From positions 47,680,001 through 47,744,000 of the forward strand of contig CM052817.1 in the NCBI GenBank assembly GCA_028534125.1: DNA of 64,000 bases, written 5' to 3'. This document shows, in pieces, positions 25,273 to 39,479 of the stretch. This DNA is from Lama glama. Lineage: Eukaryota. Positions within the stretch are counted from its first letter, which is position 1, and every line of letters begins with the position of its first letter. The position numbers and the translations under genes are program-made. The notes beneath the pieces are model-generated. The model had not been told where the DNA came from. It ran no database searches and worked only from the letters and a program-made list of their open reading frames with translations.

Positions 25273-25424
25273 AAAAACTAAAACTAGTGTTACTATATGA
25301 TCTAGCACTCTCACTCCTGGGTATATATCTGAAGAAAACTCTAATTTGAAAAGATACATGCACCACAATGTTTATAGCAGCATTATTTACAATAGCCAAG
25401 ACATGAAATCAACCTAAATAAAGA

Positions 25425-25449
25425 TGTGTGTGTGTGTGTGTGTGTGTGT
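25425..25449. repeat. (TG)12 microsatellite
   Basis: Seen directly. Confidence 0.95.
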
Positions 25450-27879
25450 ACATACAATGAAATATTACTAACCATAAAAAAAGAATGAAATAATGAAATG
25501 CCATTTGCAGCAACATGGATGAGCCTAGAGATTATTGTACCAAGTAAGTTAGAGAAAGACAAATACCATATGATATCACTTGGATGTGAAATAGGTGATG
25601 AACTTATTTACAAAAACAGACTCACAGACATAGAAAACAAATTTTTTGTTACCAAAGAGCAAAGGAGGGGAGGAATAAATTAGGGATGTGGGATTAACAT
25701 ATACACACTACTATACATTGACACATTATAACTGACTATACTTCAATTTAAAAAAAACACTTAAATGGGAACTAAAAATTGCTCTTTTTGTGCTTAGAAT
25801 GAGAATTAGTCGCTCTCAATCTCTATAAAATACATGTTATCTAGAAAAATACAGTAAAGGCGACTGTCAAACCTGAACCTCTCACCTTCACTAATTCACA
25901 GACCAATCTGCTTTTCTACCAAATAGTAGCAGCAATTAGAAATCACTGCCAAGGCTTTTATTGAACCAGAGCATCCCAGTTTCAAGAAACTGCTGTACTT
26001 GTCCCTGAAGAGACATTTTTTTCTTTTTTCCCAAAGAAAGAAATAATGAGAAAGAAATAAAATGAAAAATGTTTCAAGGAAGCAGGAATCAAAAACTCTT
26101 AACATGCCTACTCTTTTTAATGAAAGGCTCATTTAAAATTCTTCTGGGTGTCGAGCTAGATCCCAAAGTTCCCCAGACTTCTCTTTACTTTCAAGCCCAT
26201 AACCCAACTTTTGCAACCTAACTTAAATGGGAGATGGTACTAAAACCAGATTTACAAATGTAATCATTATCAGGGACTATATGAGATTATATTATCATGG
26301 TGGCTGAAAGCTGACAACTGGTGATGTTGTGCTAATACATCACTGGCTTGGGAACCAGCAGTCTTTTCCCTTTTCCCATCTAGTTATTTTCTATTGTTGT
26401 TTAAATTACCTCTGATTCACTCCGTCATTTGTTAACTCAACAAACATTTGTCTAACACAGCGATTAGCCCTGAACGCAGACAAGAGCAAATTCCCAAGGG
26501 GCTCACAATATAGGCACTTAAGAGAATATTTTGGAAACCAATCATGTTGTTTTTATAAATTGCAGTATAAATCTTCCCAGAGAAAAATGTGTTCACCTAT
26601 TGAATGATCAAATGCTCATCTACTGATGCTGAAGGAATGTTCATCAAGGAGGGCTGTCCAGCCAGGCCCCAGAGATTACCTTGGTGAATTTACTAAGGTG
26701 CAGGTTACAGCCTTGTTGAAGGCTGATGAAGACATGTTGTCAGTGCCCTAAACTTAACTGATCTCAAGGATCCTGACTTGTGATGACAGTTCTCAAAACA
26801 GCAGGTATATGAACTGAAACATAAACTTATCCCATCACAGTGAGAACTTGAATTTTCAGGCAGATGGAAGAGTTGTGACAGCTGACACAGCACATATGGA
26901 AAGCCACATGGTGACACGGTGAGTTGGTGAACAGTTAGCACACCCTCCTGTGCATCACCACAGACAGAGTTCTCCTTTTCCCCCTGTTTTCATCACTGGC
27001 CAGACCTTCTTCTTCCTTTGTCTTTTACCCAGATATGATGATACTGTTGGTGAGGCTACATGCCAGACCCAACCGGCCAGGATATCATTTGAGATGATCT
27101 TGCATATTCACTAACTCTGAGAACTACCTAATTAATTCCTTTTGTTCCTGAGACTTTCTTCTCAGCTTCTTGTTTATCAAGAGTTTCCCAGTAATCACTA
27201 TTTTGGAGACATGTAGGGGAAAATAAGAAGGAATACATGTCATGAGCATCCACTTGATTTAAGATCAATTTAAATTGGCCATACAAAGCTCTGATTATTT
27301 AATTAATTTAATGCATATAGTAAATGCCATGCCTAGTTTTCCTTTTAACTCTTTAAATCTCTAGCTATATGAAAAAGAGTAGCAGCTTTAAAGATATTTT
27401 CTCTTTAAAGTTTTCTTTGAGTTGTCATCATAGGCAGTATAATCTCATCTATTTCTTTTCCTGTGGTGTAGTTCAGGAGAAAAGTGTCTGTCAGCTGTGG
27501 ATACCATAAAAAAAATTCTGCTTGAAGCAGCAAAACTGTTTATTTTAGCAGTAAAATAACATCATAACATTATACTACTTCAGGGGAGATTAAGCACAGT
27601 GGAAAATCTAAGTGTATTTCAGACCCAAGCACAATCAATTGTTTTTTCTAAAAGCCGTATGAAGCCAACATTTTTACTAGGATGAAAAATGATAAAGTTT
27701 ACTGCTTCCAAAAAAATTTCTAAACTGTTTATAGAAATTGAATTACTGTCAGTACAAAGACTTCAAGAAGCAAATGGTCAATTCACTATTAATTTTTCCA
27801 TCAACAGCCTTTACTGTGTGAAGGTAAACAAGAGTCATTTCTGACAAAATAATTAACAAGCTTAAATTAACCACAGTGA

Positions 27880-28410
27880 AATGAAGAGTATATTATGTTT
27901 TAAATCAGAAGAGTTGGGTTCAAATGTCTGGTGAAACACATTGATAGTTACATTATGTGAACCTCAGTTTACTTATCTATAAAATCAGAGGGTAAATTAT
28001 AAGTTTAAAGACAATGAATTATCCCTTTTATTTTTCATTTTATTGAAGTATAGTTGGTATCTAATATTATATTAGTTTCTGGTGTGTAGCATAGTGATTC
28101 AGTTATACATACATACTTTTTCATTATAGGTCATTATAAGCTATTGAATATAGTTCCCTGTGCTTTGTAGTAGGGCCTTGTTGTTTTATCTATTTTGTAC
28201 ATAGTAGTTTGTGTCTGCTAATCCCAAACTCTTAATTTATCCCTCCCCCTACTTTCCCCTTTGGTAACCATAAGTATGTTTCCAATGTCTGTGAGTCTGT
28301 TTTGTAAATAAGTTAATTTATGCAATAAAAAAAGACAATGTATAGGAATTAAATGAGATAGACTTGGTGGCAAGAATATTCAGCATGATGCTTGCCTCAT
28401 AGTAAACACC
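27880..28410 (+). mobile_element. MIR SINE split by an L1-derived insertion
   Basis: tgggttcaaat...aacctcagtttacttatctataaaat ... ggaattaaatgagata...gcctcatagtaaacac. Confidence 0.65.
28017..28330. mobile_element. L1 3'-UTR fragment in inverted orientation within a plus-strand TSD/A-tail
   Basis: TSD aaagacaatg at 28007-28016 and 28331-28340; body is antisense L1 3' UTR. Confidence 0.8.
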
Positions 28411-29139
28411 CACCCAGGTTCAGGCACTTGCTCGCCTCTCTTCACAAAGGTGTATTAAATTTTTTGTATTTTCATCCTGTGATATTAGTAACTTGCCTGG
28501 ATTTGGAACTCAGTAATAACTTCATAGCAACAGAGTTTGATACCTGTAGTAGGATATACAAATATCAGTAGAAATTAGCAAATTTTCTGGCAAGCAATGC
28601 AGAGCATTTTAAATTAATATTACTAATGAGAATAGCCAGAGATGTAACAATTGAATTTTTGTTTTTAGTTTTTTAATTAAAAAATTCCTTTGGCAAATAA
28701 TTGCTAATTGTTGCTTAATGTTGTTGATATTAAGAAATTTATTTTAAGAAATTCATTGTCTTTGGGTAGAAGAAGATGATTATTGATTACAATTTTGTTG
28801 TGATATTAATTGTATTTTGCTATTCCTGGCTATTATGATTCTGACAATACTTATAAAAATTTCAATTTAGTCAACCTCACAGAATATAGTCTTCATCATA
28901 CAGCCGAATGTGTGTGTGTGTGTGTCTGTGTGTTCAGGTTTGTGGTTGAATGCACCAAAATGCTTCATAATAAGAATTATACAATTTGGATTTTCTAGAA
29001 CCTCATTTTTAAACAGGTATATGTTGCTATTACAATAAATATCAGTATACACCTATAAAATTTAATATCCAAATCAATGTATGTTTATACCTATTTTATA
29101 TAGCCTACATAAGTGAAGTTTTCTTTTTATCATGTTATT

Positions 29140-29312
29140 TTGTTGTTGTTGAATTATAATTGACTTATATTGTTGTGTTAGTTTCTGGTGTACAGCAAAG
29201 TAATTCAGTTAGACATGTATATTCTTTTTCATTCTCTTCTTCATTATAGGTTATTACAAGATATTGAATGTAATTCCTTGTGCTATACAGTAGGACCTTG
29301 TTGTTCATCTTT
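29140..29312 (-). mobile_element. short L1 3' end
   Basis: Antisense L1 3' UTR; imperfect TSD tttatcatgttattt / tttatcatattactt. Confidence 0.85.
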
Positions 29313-29982
29313 ATCATATTACTTTCTAAAACACTGCAAATGATTCTTATTCTTTCTGATATGTTACCCCTTTTCATTGACAACAATTCTGTCTAATGCA
29401 GGAAGGAAAGGAAAAAGCTATTGATTCTTTATTTCTTTATTTGTGAAACTATAAGCTAAAAATTGTGTCTTGCATTCTCTTCAACCCCTCCTGGAAATGC
29501 AGTAATTTTTGGATTGCCTCCTTGTCATTTTTTCCCCCATATAATAAATCAAGTCATGAAAATTTTGACCACTGAGTTGGCTTTTTATAGTAATAGGAAG
29601 AGAGCAACAAGGCAATGAATTATAATGAGAATATGACCAAGGATGGAATTTATTTATGTTAACGAGTTTTAGTTTTATTTCCCATTAAACTTGGTTTAAA
29701 GCAATTAGAGATTGCATACTTGAAAAATTTGGTTTAACATATATTAAATATCTCTATTAATTATCAGAATCAATGTTAAAATATTAAATTTGTAATACTA
29801 AACTCAAATAATTAGGTCTAATGTTAATGGTGAGAAGGCTATTATCTGGAAATGTATACTGGTGCCTATTTTCTTTTGACAAAAAGATAACTGGGTTTAA
29901 AGCTCAACTTAACTTGTATGTTAATAAGTTCTCTTCATTATATAGGAATGCTCTGGTCTTTCCCTGTGTCTAAAAACTCTTT

Positions 29983-31625
29983 CCCAACACAATACTGAGA
30001 AAGAACAAAGTTGGAGGACTGACACTACCCAATTTCAAGATTTATTACAAAGCTACAGTAATCAAAATAGTAGAATGTTGACAAAAGAATAGACAAAATA
30101 CATCAGTGGGACTGAATAGAGAAAGACCCACATAAATATAGCCCACTCATCTTTGACAAAGGAGCAAAGGCAAGACAATGACGAAACAACAGTTCATTCA
30201 ACAGATGGTGCTGGAACCATTGGACATCCACATGCAAAAAAAAAAAAAAAAACCCAAAACCTAGAAACAGACCTTAAAGCCTTCACAAAAATTAACTCAA
30301 AATGGATCATAGATGCCAAATGTAAAATGCAACGTAAGAAAATAGTAACGTAAGAAAAAAATCTAGAAGAGCTTAAGTATAATGATGACTTTATAGACAC
30401 ATTATCAAAGGCACAATTTGTGAAAGAAACAATTGATAAGCTGGACTTTATTAAAATTAAAAACATCTGCTCTGCAAGAGACAATGCCAAGACAATAAGC
30501 CACAGACCAGGCGAAAATACTTGCAAAAGACTTATCTGATAAAGGACTGTTTTCCAAAATATATGAAGCTCAACAATAAGAAAATAAACCACCCAATTTC
30601 AAAAAGAGTCAAAAATCTTAAAGACAATTATCAAAGAAGATATACAGATGGCAAATCAATATACAAAGAGATGCGCCACATTATATATCATTAGGGAATT
30701 ACAAATTAAAACAATAATTAGATACCACTACACACCTATTAAAATGGCCAAAATCCAAAACACTGATACCAAATATTGGTGAGGATGAAGAGCAACAGGA
30801 AATCTTACTCATTCCTAGTGGTAATGGCAAAATGGTACAGCTGTTTTGGAAGATAGCTTGGTACTTTCTTACAAAACTAAACATATTCTAACCGTATGAA
30901 CCAGCAATCACATTCCTTTGTTTTTACCCATAGGACTTAAAAACTTATATCCACACAAAAACCTGCACAGGGATGTTTATAGCAGCTTTATTCATAATTG
31001 CCAAAACTTGGAAGCAATCAAGATGTCTCTCAGTAGATGAATGGATGAATAAACTATAGAACATCCAGACAATGGAATATTATTAAGTACTGAAAAGAAA
31101 TGTGCTATCAAGCCATGAAAAGACATGAGGAACCTTATATGCATATTACTAAGGGAAAGAAGCCAATCTGAAAAGGCTAGAAACTACATGATTCTAACTT
31201 TATAACATCCTGGAAAAGGCAAAAAACCCTGGAGGAAATAGATCAACAGTTTCCAGGGATTAGTGGATAGGGAGGAAGAACTGGCAGGGCACAGAGGATT
31301 TTTTAGGACAGTGAAATTATTCCATATGTTACTAGAATGATGGATGCATGTCATTATACATTTATCCAAACCCACAGTATTTGCAGTACTAAGACAGAGC
31401 CCTAATGTGAACTATGGACTTCGTGTAGTCATAATATGTCAATGTAGGTTTACCAATTATAACAAATGGACTGATCTGGTGTGGGATATTGATAGTGGAG
31501 GCAGGGTGGGGTGGTACATGTGGGAGGACAGGGGGTATTATGGGAGTTCTTTGTTCTTCCCACTCAATTTTGCTGTGAACCTAAAACTACTCTGAAATTA
31601 AAGCTTACAATAAAGTTTTAAAAAT
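29983..31625 (+). mobile_element. L1MC1-like: 3' ORF2 and 3' UTR
   Basis: aagaacaaagttggaggactgacactacccaatttcaag ... cctaatgtgaactatggactt ... ttttgctgtgaacctaaaact. Confidence 0.88.
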
Positions 31626-32189
31626 CCATTTAATTAAACAACTGAAGAGTTTTCACCAAACCTTCAGATGGTAGTGATTGATCTGCTTTGTAATAAAAAA
31701 TAATAAAAGGCAAATATAGAGAGAAGCAGCTAACAGAATTCTTAAATGCTCCCTTCCATATGATGAATATTTTCAATGAAAATTTTGTGCTCACAGACTG
31801 AGATTATTATTTGGTAATATCTGTGTGAAAAGACATTTTCAAAGATGAAATGTATAAAATGTTATTATCGGTCAGCACTAACTGGTAAATGTTTGCAATT
31901 AATTGTGATAGGCAGTACTAACTTTGAATCCCAATTAAGCAAACTGTTACCCCTCCCCCCCAAATTCAACTCTTCTCATTAGACCTATATTGTAAAAAAA
32001 ATGTACTCAATTATTATTTGAATTCATCAATAAAAAATTTTTCAAAATTAAAAAAGAACTCTAGCCACAATACTTCTTCCTTTTATGTCATTGTTTCTTA
32101 GAGAGAAGTCTTTATTCTCACTAGTCACTCTCAACTTTATCCCTCAGTCTTTCCACCATCTCCTCTGTGCAACACAGACGTGGTTCCTA

Positions 32190-32900
32190 AGAAGGTGCTG
32201 AGGACATTTATCTACCCTGTCATTACAACCAGCATATATCACCAGCCTCATTCGATGTATCAGAAGCATTACTCTCCTTAAAAGACCCCCTTTCCTCGGC
32301 CCCCTTAATATCCTTGACTTTCACAGCACCTTTCTGGCTCCTTCTTGGACTTCTTTTTCCCTGCCTTCCTCTTTCATTTACCTGTTCCCCAGGGATCTCT
32401 TTTCTGCCCTCTTCTCAATATATACAGCCTCCTGACTGATTTCATAATTCCCAAAGCTACAATTCCCATATTAACTCCATCTCAAGGACAAACATTCAGG
32501 GTATGCCACCTCTTCTAATGTATCATATTATTATTTCTTGCAGCCTCATGGTCATCTCCCTTTGGCTGTCTCATAGAATCTCAAACTATGTAAGTACAAA
32601 TTTGAGCTTATTAGAGTCATCCAGGAATGGCAGTTTTTCCTCTATTTCCTGAATGAAGTATGTAACTAATTTCCTGTTGTATAAGCCAGGAATCTGCAGG
32701 CTTGATTCACTCTCTATCCACCAACACCCAATCTGAACCTGTTGATTCTTTCTCCGAGATATGACACACCTGCTAGTTCCTCTTTTCTGCATACAGCACC
32801 GTCATCTTTCATCTGGATCATGGACACCTCCTAACTGGTTGTCTCCCTCCAGCATGCTCTCCATGCAGTATGCAGAGTGGTCACTCTAAAATGTGCATCC
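32190..32900 (+). mobile_element. L2 fragment
   Basis: Pyrimidine-rich L2 RT-end motifs (gttccccagggatct, ctcctaactggt, cagagtggtcactctaaaatg). Confidence 0.6.
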
Positions 32901-33366
32901 TGTGTGGGCCTTGCCACTTCAAGGGGGCGTTTCAGTGGAGGAAGGATTTCTTTCTTAATCCTCTGATTGCCGTGTAGAAGAACTATCCCAAGTCATCCTT
33001 GAGCTCATGAGTTATATGTGGTTCTCACTTGCCCCAGGATGGAAAGAGTTTGTTTCGTTGATGACTTTGGAAAAATAACTGCTCATTGTGGCTCTAGTCT
33101 TCCTGGGAGCCAGGTTCCTGTGAAAACCATCCCTGATGATCTGCTCCTCCACTCCTGTCCCTCTGGGAAGACTGATTCTCTAGCACTGCCTTAGGTCTGT
33201 ACACCCAATTCTGGGATTCTGAACAAGGAAGCATACTGTGCCTGTCTGCATGCCCATTCAGTAATAAAGGGGATGTTTCCTTTCTGATCTATCTTATTCC
33301 AAGTACTCTATCTTAATTAGTTCAGAATTCTTGTGGGGTAAGTTTTGCTATTTATTGGGCCCCCTC
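32901..33366 (+). mobile_element. possible old solo LTR
   Basis: TG...CA ends and AATAAA at about 33263; family not recognised. Confidence 0.3.
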
Positions 33367-34509
33367 AAGCCCTAACATCGGCTGCCTTGACCAGTAAAAT
33401 TAAGAGATAAGCAAGGAATGGCATTGGAGAAAAATAACAGACTGGGACTCCTGGTGGGGCCCTGGTAGTTCTGCAGTGGTTTAACAAGCTGAACATTTTT
33501 ACTCTAGCTGTTTGCAGAAGCTTATGTTGTTTCCTATGCCTGTTTTTCACAGGTGTGGGCCTGGCTTTCTTCTGTTGTGTCCTGATCACCAAGCTTTAAA
33601 CAGCCCACCAATAACTCTTCCTAGAGTCAGAAGTGAACATGCTAATCTTTGGAAAACAGCAGGCCTACTGAAACTTTAGCAAATATTAGTCTTAGTATAT
33701 GGACTATGACAGCCACAGGAGGTGCAGAGAGCCAGCTCAAATTCTCTCTCTTTGTAAATATTTCAATAGTATATTCTGGCCTGAAGGAGGGGACAGTAGA
33801 ACATCTAATCATATAGATTCAGTGATGTAAGGGGCACTGCCTATCACGGACTTCAGATTGGCTCTTGATTTATTAAACTCTCAGAAGATGGCTCTAGGAT
33901 TCTGAGAACAAAGTCCCCTGAAAATAGTCTGCCATTCCTTTGTTGTAAATACAAAGGCTCAGAAGGCAGTTTACACATCCTTTGCTTAAAATGCCTTCCC
34001 TTTGATGGTTTTGAAAAACGCACTTCTGTTTTTACTACAGAACAAGAGAATAAGAAAACTGAAATAAAAATAAAGGAGGAAGAAAAATCTTTCTTTAGGA
34101 GAAAGATTGAAATCATAGGGAACAAATTAGACTGATGGCAATGAGGTTGGGGAATAATACCAGCATAGACCCAACTGGCAAATACAACAGAGAAGAAATG
34201 CACTAGAAAAAACTGGTCTTAAAGACACTTTTAGAAAAGGAGAGTATTTCTTCCTAGTTCTAGATCAGTAATGAATTTCAGGACTAATTAAATCTAACAA
34301 AAGAAAAGAAGCAAAATCTCTAAGCAGCACGCTGGAACAGCTTTCTCAGCCGCAGTTAGAATCAAGAACACAATGGAAAATGCCCTCTTACAGTTATGAA
34401 TAGAGCTTATGGTAACAGTTCTTGAGGAAACCATCCTGCCAAGACTAAGGCATTTATAACAAGTGGCTACAAAACATCAGGCAGATGTGTGAGGGGAAGA
34501 CACAGAATA

Positions 34510-35030
34510 TAGCACAACATTCTCAAAGTAACATTAGATAAGTTTCAAAGCAATACAATCATTGTAAGTAGAATTTACATTTCTAGCCTGGATCTCTTCC
34601 TTGAAATTTAGACTCATATCAAGTGAAAAGCTTATGTTTCTCCTTGATATCAAATAAGCACCCCAAATTTAACATGTCCGAAACAGAACGTCTGATCACA
34701 CCCAGGCCTATGATCTTATCCTTAGCCTTCCTTGCTGTTAGCTGATCAGGCAAACTTGTCCAGTTCAGCTTTAGTTCTCTCTTTCGTATCCCACAGCCAA
34801 TCTGTCAGCAAAGTCTATTGGCTGTGCCTTTAAAATGTGTCCAGAGCCCAACCACTTCTCCTCACCCCCACGGCTGCCATTCTGTTGAAGCCTAGATGGT
34901 GGCAGTCATTCCCTAGCTGCTGTCCCTGTTTCCACCTTTCCACCCATGTAATTCTTCCTCTGGAGAGTAGCCAGAGCGAAACTGTCAAAGCAGAACATGA
35001 CCATCCTCTGGCTCAAGACCCTCCAGTTAT
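34510..35030 (+). mobile_element. L2 fragment
   Basis: tctagcctggatctcttccttgaa...aaatttaacatgtccgaaacagaac...ccaatctgtcagcaaagtctattggct. Confidence 0.7.
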
Positions 35031-36163
35031 TACTGGAACCCTCATACATATGTAGGAAGGAGTGTACGTTTGTGAAACAAATTTGTTCAACGTTTTAGCA
35101 ATGTCAACAGATACAACATCCACACACCCTTCAACCCAGCAGTTCCACTCCTACGTGTATAAGCAACAAAAAATGTGTATCAAAAATGTGTAAGAATTGT
35201 CATAGCATCAATAGCCCTAAACTGGAAAAAGACAAATATCCATCTACAAGAGTGTTAGGGAAAACAAAGAAAGAAAAAAAGAAATCAACTTAAAAGCACG
35301 CCAAAATATTAAGAACTCAACTGGGCCTTCTCACAAGTAATGGGGAAAGAGCAGAAGGAAAACAAAACAAACACTTGAGTAAATCAGTGTGGACACTGTG
35401 TACCATAAAGAAATGCAGCTCAAGACCTGGAATATAAAAACATCCAGGACCAGTGTTGTGAGAAAAACATGGTAGAGTTACTGGTCCTCAGCAGGCACCT
35501 ACGGCTTCAGACCCCTCAGTTGAGCTGTAGTTTAGGATTCTGATGAGGTTCCTGAAGATCTCCAGTTGGGAGAAATAGGGGGTTGAGGAGGAAATCTTAT
35601 TAGGGAACGGTTTCACTGGTAAGCTCTTACGCAGCAAGAGGGTTCCACTGAGCCACTGTGTCGGAGGACACGAAGTGCTCACGGGTGACAGTGCAGACCT
35701 TGGGACCAGTGGAGCCCACTCTCAGCATCACAGCAGGCTGCGGGAAGCCTAGAACCCAATGGGGAAGTGGAAAAGAAATGGGGGGAAAAGGCATTTCAGA
35801 TCAGATCTGGTAACTGGGCCGGCCACCACTGAGTGTCTAAATAGCAGTAAAGCAGATGCTGTTCTTCGACAGAAGAGAGTATGCAGGTGGCGTTTTCCTC
35901 TGTTAAAACTGTAATACAAACTTAGCCTCTTGATGAGATATGTCCTTTTTTTTTTAAATTTCTTCAAATTAAATAATTTAGTTACAGGAATTTTTCACAA
36001 GCAGTTATTAATAAGGCAACCTTTTCAGGACCCGAGAATATAGACTGCTGCTTGTTGTAGTAAAGTCATTATTCCAGAAAAAAGATTTGTAAGTTTATCC
36101 CTGTGTTACATTAAAAATATTGATTTAATGGTCATAAAATCTAATTTTTCTAAGTAAGATACA

Positions 36164-36514
36164 CTGTTATCCCTAGGTATCTGAGAGGGATTGGTTCCTA
36201 GATCCCTCACGGACACCAAATCTGAGGATGTTCAAGTCCCTTGTGTCAAATGGCTTAGTATTTGCATATAACCTACATACGTCCTACCCTACATTTTAAA
36301 TCATCTCTAGATTATTCTAAATACCTAACACAATGTAAATGCTATGTAAACAATTATAAATACAATGTAAACACTATGTAGATAGTTGCCAGAGCACAGC
36401 AAATTCAAATTTTGCTTTGGGGAGCTTTCTGGAATTAATTTTTTTCTAAATATTTTCAATTCACGGTTGGTTGAATCCAAGGATGCAGAACCCTCAGACA
36501 CAGAGGGATGACTA
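36164..36514. mobile_element. MER2-like Tigger (TcMar) non-autonomous DNA transposon
   Basis: Imperfect terminal inverted repeats (gttatccctaggtatctgagagg / ccctcagacacagagggatgac); body matches recalled MER2. Confidence 0.88.
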
Positions 36515-37279
36515 CATAAACAAAAATATACAACACAGTAAAATTTCATACACCTAGATTGAGTATAAGTTCACTGGGCGTGGAGTTCAGACATCTGCCA
36601 AGGTTGAACAGAGGTTTTCTCATTTATTCCCATGTTCTCCTCCTTAGCACATACTTAAAATCACCAAGTATAAATACAACATAGTTGTTGTCATGATGCC
36701 AAGAAACAGAGGATGCAGTTAGGGGAAGAGTCAACACTCTGCAGGCACAATCATTAAGCCATAACTTATGTTACTTTAACCATCGTACTGGCTCAGGATT
36801 TCATTATACATCATTACTCATCTGCCATACAGAAGTGAACATCTGTCTGCATTTTGCAAGCTAAATAACTCCAAATTGTGACTGTGATAAACCCTTGGTC
36901 TGTTGTCATTGTGATATCACACAGCAATTGCCACAAGAGTTGTTTCCCTTTGTCTTTTACTTTTAAACGTGTGGTTTTGCCATTTCCAGAACAGATTACT
37001 ACCCAAATGAATATGTAAATTTTAGCTGATAATTTGAAAGCCTTTAGAAAATTTATGTAACAGTAAAATAAATCAAATCTGATTTTTTCTAACCAATCTG
37101 AAAATAAACTTAACATTATAGGCTTTGATTATGAAGAGATTAGAAAGCTTAATTTTCTTATTTAAGCCCTAAGAAATTAAATATTCTATTTCATGTGTAC
37201 ATATAAATTTGTATTCATATTCATTTCAGGATGAACCCCTTAGAGAATTACTTTGACATCCAAAATAAACATGAATTTA

Positions 37280-37410
37280 TCTAAGAATATGAAAATGAAT
37301 ATGTATATATTTATATATAACTGAATCACTATGCTGTACACCAACAAATACAACATTGTCAACTATACTGCAATATTAAAAAATAAGAATAAAAAAGGAA
37401 AAGAATAAAC
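37280..37410 (+). mobile_element. short L1 3' end
   Basis: 15-bp TSD ataaacatgaattta at 37265-37279 and 37411-37425; A-rich tail. Confidence 0.9.
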
Positions 37411-39479
37411 ATAAACATGAATTTAATATATGCTAAAAAATATTTAAGTTTTAATGATACATTTATATCTATTATTGATGAATTATTAATAAAACATTTT
37501 TCAGCTGCTTGATGATACCCTAACACTATGCGATTCTGTGATCTCTGTTTGAAAGCTTATAGGGATGAGACACTTGCTAGTTTTTTCACTCAGATCATTG
37601 CATTTTTGACAATTCTTATAATGAAAAGATTTCTTCAGTAGAAATTGCTTCTGGCAAACATCCACTTAGTGGTCTGTCCCCCTGTCATCCATAGTAACAG
37701 ATACTAAATCTGTTTTGTCTATCACAAACAGCCCCCTTTTTAAAAAGTGAATAATCAAATCCTAGCATTCCAGGACATTTAGTTTCCCATAGTCCCTCTT
37801 AAATTGCAGATGTAACCAGATGTAATTCTTCATATGTATTCTGACCAGTGCAGAGTTCAGTAGGCCTATTCTCATCAGACCCTGAGCCAAAATACTAACT
37901 TTTAAAAACCCCGTTACACTAATAAATGAATTTAGCAAAGTTAAAGAATAAGAAAACCAACACACACAAATTAGTTGAGTTTCTATACATTAGGAATGAA
38001 CAATCCAAAAAAGAAATTAAAATATAGCTAGAAATAATCCCGGCCCCTATTTGACTATAGGATTTTCGTATCAGTCATATGTGATTTAAATCCCTAGTTT
38101 TGATCTTATTAATGAAATATCTCTCATCTCTTATAAATTGTAAGCTCCCAGAAAGCAAGGTCCATGTATGTAATTTCACCATCAAACAGTGGTAAAACTC
38201 TCTCTATATATGTAAGTGTGTGTGCACAGATGCGTGCATGTGCTGACTGGGCAAACAATCACTTTGAATCTCCTTATCTAGTAATATCCCCATATGATAG
38301 ATTGTATAACACTAGCCACTTAAATGCTGTTGGCCCTGAGGAGAAAACAGAGGTTCATGAAACTTCACAAATAAAATGTCTCCCTAGGGAATTGAACATT
38401 TTTTGTTTACAGATTAGAAATCTAAATGTTTTAAAACATTCAACACGTACTCAGCCCTAGGGAACAACAAGAGTGCAACCAAATACATCAACACTGTCAT
38501 CTTAAAATAAAGTGGGTATTTTTCAAGCTTAGGATAACGATTATCTCAAGTGTGATTCTGAGAAGACCAGATGATTTTTACATTAACTAAACTCAATAAT
38601 ACTGTACTGAAATTGTTGTTTTGAAAGAATGTTACCACATAACACCCACCATTATATCTATACAAAACAAAAATATTTTTACCTTCCACAGTAATAAGTG
38701 AGCTTACATTACAGCTGGAAAAATAGCTTTTCTAATTTCCCAAATATTCCAGTGGGAGAAAAATTTCTCCTAAAAAAAGAGACATCTGGAGGATGGCTTA
38801 CAGACTTCTGAATGCAGTTTTAAGAAACAGTCAGCTATTTGACAAGTGTTTATTGAGCACTTTGCTCTGCTGAACATTTGGAAGATATTAACAAAGAGTA
38901 TTAACACACAGTATCATTAATCTTTACTTGGACAAAACTAAAGAGAGAATTCAAGGAAAAACTATATAGTAAACCAAAGTATAAACTTACACTTGAGCAG
39001 AGCAACACTGATGGGAAACAATTGAATTTGGGAATTCAAGTACAACTTGGGCTAATTCAGGTACTAGGCTACAACAATAGAAATGAGCTGGTAGATACTT
39101 AGAATTTCTAGATTATATATATATTTTCTTCATTTAAAAATATTATAGAAAAATATAATAATATTCAGAAAATATTTAATCTGTATTCTCTATAAATTTA
39201 ATTCATTAAAAATGATGTATTTGTTGAGAATTAACTCAAAAATAATTAAAATTCTTTAGTCTCATGGGTAAAATCACTTACACATGAATTATTTCATTCA
39301 AGAAATATTTTAAAATGCTTGCTGTATTCCAAAGTGGGGCCCAGGTATGAATGAATTTAAAAGCTCTGGTAATCTATAATCTTAACAAACAATTCAATCT
39401 CTTCTATTTTTGGTGGTTGAACAAAATCCCACACTAAGAATACTTCTGTAGTAATAGAACTGAATGCAAAATAATTCCA

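Larger units (their letters stand above)
22427..25757 (+). mobile_element. 5'-truncated artiodactyl-type L1: disrupted ORF2, 3' UTR and A-tail
   Basis: QWVSDEIKEEIKYFKTNDNESTTIQNLWDAAK; RT region; [21 protein letters not shown]-tail at 25750-25757; many frameshifts. Confidence 0.95.

Noticed and set aside
26700..26830. TGATGA...CTGA pairs suggesting a C/D-box snoRNA
   Set aside because: Box spacing is short, with no convincing terminal stem or recognisable guide sequence
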